A stretch of DNA of 32,000 bases from Amoeboradix gromovi X-113. Taxonomy: Eukaryota > Fungi > Sanchytriomycota. Location of the stretch: assembly GCA_018985225.1 (NCBI GenBank), contig JADGIF010000018.1:1-32000 (forward strand), written 5' to 3'. How positions within the stretch are numbered: position 1 is the first letter of the stretch; the number at the start of each line of letters is the position of its first letter. The position numbers were made by a program, and so were the translations under genes. The notes beneath the pieces are model-generated. The model saw nothing but the letters and a program-made list of their open reading frames with translations, was not told where the DNA came from and did no database searches. Below, in pieces: positions 29,981 to 32,000 of the stretch.

Positions 29981-30733
29981 CTACTTTACTTGCTGCAGAA
30001 GATCGATCTTGGACTGCAGAATTGAAATCATTTCTTCTTCAGACTTATCACCTTTTAGCATTTTCGTAAACAAGCCCCCTTCGAAATCAACTACATCTCC
30101 GCTAGACGGTTGAGGATAAAATACATTGTGCATTAACTTGTAATTTTCAAAGTACCGTTCGTTTGCAATTTCTCTTAACGCTTTACGTTCTGGAAGCTTG
30201 CTCTTGGCTATAAACGATTTTGGAAGCCTAGAATAAGTTGTGTTTGATGGCAAACATGGTAATCTGTTGGCTCTTTTGGGCTCGGCTTTTGCATAAGCTG
30301 GAATCATTGCCTGCTGCACATGATCCCCAACCGGAAAGTACTGCAATAGTTGCAAATACGAACTTTGAGTATTCATGTGATATTTAAATCTTCTCCTGCC
30401 TATCGTCGTGATGTTCTCTCCAGGAATTTGGCCCGAAACATTTTCAATAATCTCTACACTTCTTGATGCATCTAAACTCACTCTTTCTGACCTTTCAATA
30501 TCTTTCCACTCGTATCCGTCATCTACAAATCCAATTTGTTGTACAATTGTAAGAATAACAGATCCTAATGCAGGTTGCTGTAAAACAAATGGTTCGAATG
30601 ATATGGCGCTCATAGTTCCAGCAGCAGTTAATAAAATTTGGCCTGCTGTCTGTGCTTTTAGTGGAACTAATGATTCTTGGTATTGTATTCTACCTTTTAG
30701 AATCTCATTTTGTTTTAAAGATGGAAGCTGCAT
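29981..30733 (-). CDS. SSR4: SWI/SNF-RSC subunit Ssr4-like (DUF1750)
   Basis: A..LL.A, P..GSV.L, DGY.W.D.E, G..PGE, RRRF and the C-terminal REIA..RY..NY.LM..VF.P pattern. Confidence 0.65.
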   Translation of the reverse strand: MQLPSLKQNEILKGRIQYQESLVPLKAQTAGQILLTAAGTMSAISFEPFVLQQPALGSVILTIVQQIGFVDDGYEWKDIERSERVSLDASRSVEIIENVSGQIPGENITTIGRRRFKYHMNTQSSYLQLLQYFPVGDHVQQAMIPAYAKAEPKRANRLPCLPSNTTYSRLPKSFIAKSKLPERKALREIANERYFENYKLMHNVFYPQPSSGDVVDFEGGLFTKMLKGDKSEEEMISILQSKIDLLQQVK

Positions 30734-30771
30734 TATTGAATGTTTCAAAAAACACTAAATTTCTTATAGTT

Positions 30772-31023
30772 TTAAAATCTTTTTATTTCAGTTACAATAA
30801 AAGATCGTACATCTTTAGGTATCTTCTCCATTAGTATTGGCAAGCACACATCCATGACTTGCTGAACTGAGGCTGTTGGTCCCATCTCATCTATTTTGGA
30901 TTTTATCAAAGTCCTTGCAGTAATTCCAAAATTCTTTTCATCCAACTTTGACTTTGTTTGTTGTATTAGCAGTTCTCTTCTCTTTGATAAAAATTCATCC
31001 AGCTTATTTGAATCATTTAGCAT
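30772..31023 (-). CDS. SUS1: SAGA/TREX-2 subunit Sus1/ENY2
   Basis: 83-aa helical protein matching ENY2 spacing (RE.L.....KL.E, I.E.G...V.., IP..VR......IKRF). Confidence 0.65.
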   Translation of the reverse strand: MLNDSNKLDEFLSKRRELLIQQTKSKLDEKNFGITARTLIKSKIDEMGPTASVQQVMDVCLPILMEKIPKDVRSFIVTEIKRF

Positions 31024-31078
31024 TGTTTGAAAAATAAAACTGCTATGTTAGAATAGAAGAATTTATTATAACATCAAT

Positions 31079-32000
31079 CTATATGCCATCTTCCTCTTCA
31101 CTAGGGTCTTCAAAATGTATGTTCTCATCTTCTATTCTATTTCCAGATTTATCCACAAAAAACAAACTCGGTTTTGATGAGGGTCTAGTCCCTATAGATC
31201 CTAACTTCTAAATTAATAATGGTTTACCAATTCAGAGAATGCTTTAAGTAGCTCTTCATAGTCTCCTCTGCTGTGAACTATAAATGATAAAAGTAAGTTG
31301 GGGTCTAATTGAGAAATTGGTATTTTATGACTTGGTTTCGAAATATCCAACTGGTATGAAGAAAACGAATCAAAGCTAATATTATCTATCGGAACTACTT
31401 CTTGACAAGTGTGTGGGTCTAAATATATGAGTTTATCTTCCTGAAACCCAACAAAGAAAAGAGCACTGTTAGGCTTGCCACCGGCTATTCCATTGCACCA
31501 CGGTAGTTTTAAACATCCCTTTATATGCTCGTAGTTTTCCGCGGGTATGCAATGTAACCCGAGTCTTAACGGGATTAATATTAAGAGTGGAAATTCGGTA
31601 ATTTCATGATCATATATGGTGCCATCCGTCGCAACGTATATGCCAAACGGCTTGTCTTTCTCATTGTTTACTAGATGTTTGAGTGTCATAGCTATTGTGT
31701 GTGTCCCGAACCATTCACCTATTGGTTTTAAACATTCTCTTTGCCCTGTTGCTACAATGTTGTGAAGCGAAAATTTATTGCCTTGTGTATCCAAGAAGTT
31801 GGACATAATGCTTACGTAAACGGGGCTGTCTTGTAATCTCCAATCTCTTCCTAGGAGTAAAGTGGTCCATGCATTTGCAATGATGCTCTGTCCAACCCTA
31901 ACCATGCATCCCCATCCTGAATCAGTGGCATAACCGTTTATAATGGGAAAGCCATATCTATAAGTAAACCAGGGTCGAGTTTTAAGATCACTTAAAAATG
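31079..32000 (-). CDS. ATG4: Atg4 cysteine protease, 5'-truncated by the window; exons (beyond 32000)-31228 and 31207-31079
   Basis: WFTYR.GF, TDSGWGCM.R.GQ (catalytic Cys), GEWFG, P.RLG, GGKPNSA.FFVG, YLDPH and LDP. The last exon encodes an acidic tail (..FEDPSEEEDGI*). Confidence 0.95.
31208..31227 (-). other. 20-nt spliceosomal intron (GTAAACCATTATTAATTTAG)
   Basis: GT...TAG, phase 0, contains the premature TAA; removal gives a 42-codon acidic C-terminal exon. Confidence 0.8.

Noticed and set aside
1611-30834. Numerous 60-135 aa ORFs antisense to or overlapping conserved genes (e.g. 5514-5906, 13147-13491, 24421-24786, 25142-25546, 26244-26585, 30408-30758)
   Set aside because: Shadow ORFs of real genes with no independent coding signal.
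621-31227. Stop-codon reassignment or programmed frameshifting as the cause of split ORFs
   Set aside because: Each break changes frame and is exactly repaired by a GT-AG intron. TAA, TAG and TGA all serve as normal stops.

Overview
AT-rich, very gene-dense eukaryotic DNA with a fungal-type gene set, read in the standard genetic code; the likely source is an early-diverging fungus (inference). It holds about 20 protein genes: ADP1-like ABCG, a CNBD-containing K+ channel, an OPT transporter, SFM1, GAA1, MEX67, SDH5, carnitine acetyltransferase, URB2-like, ASH2/BRE2-like, TBCB, AMT/MEP, SSR4, SUS1, ATG4, three paralogous MARVEL-like 4-TM proteins and one Cys-rich membrane protein. There is also a dispersed 5S rRNA gene. 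All five introns I can resolve are only 19-20 nt long. The main hidden signal is in the intergenic spacers, which carry seven relics of two different Fanzor/TnpB-type (OMEGA RNA-guided nuclease) element families. (i) Three MITE-like elements with GGGACACCAAATATAAAAACTAGAC terminal inverted repeats (8519-9140, 9142-9556, 13640-14115) keep a CxxC...CxxC...RD nuclease C-terminus whose stop codon lies inside the TIR. (ii) Four Fanzor2/IS607-TnpB-like relics (about 21-340, 11562-11910, 15459-15630, 23088-23511) share a 3' non-coding segment with compensatory base-pair changes, a candidate omegaRNA scaffold. A decayed Sola-type transposase sits next to one of them. No intact Fanzor ORF is present in the window. 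All family assignments come from motif recognition by eye, not from database searches.
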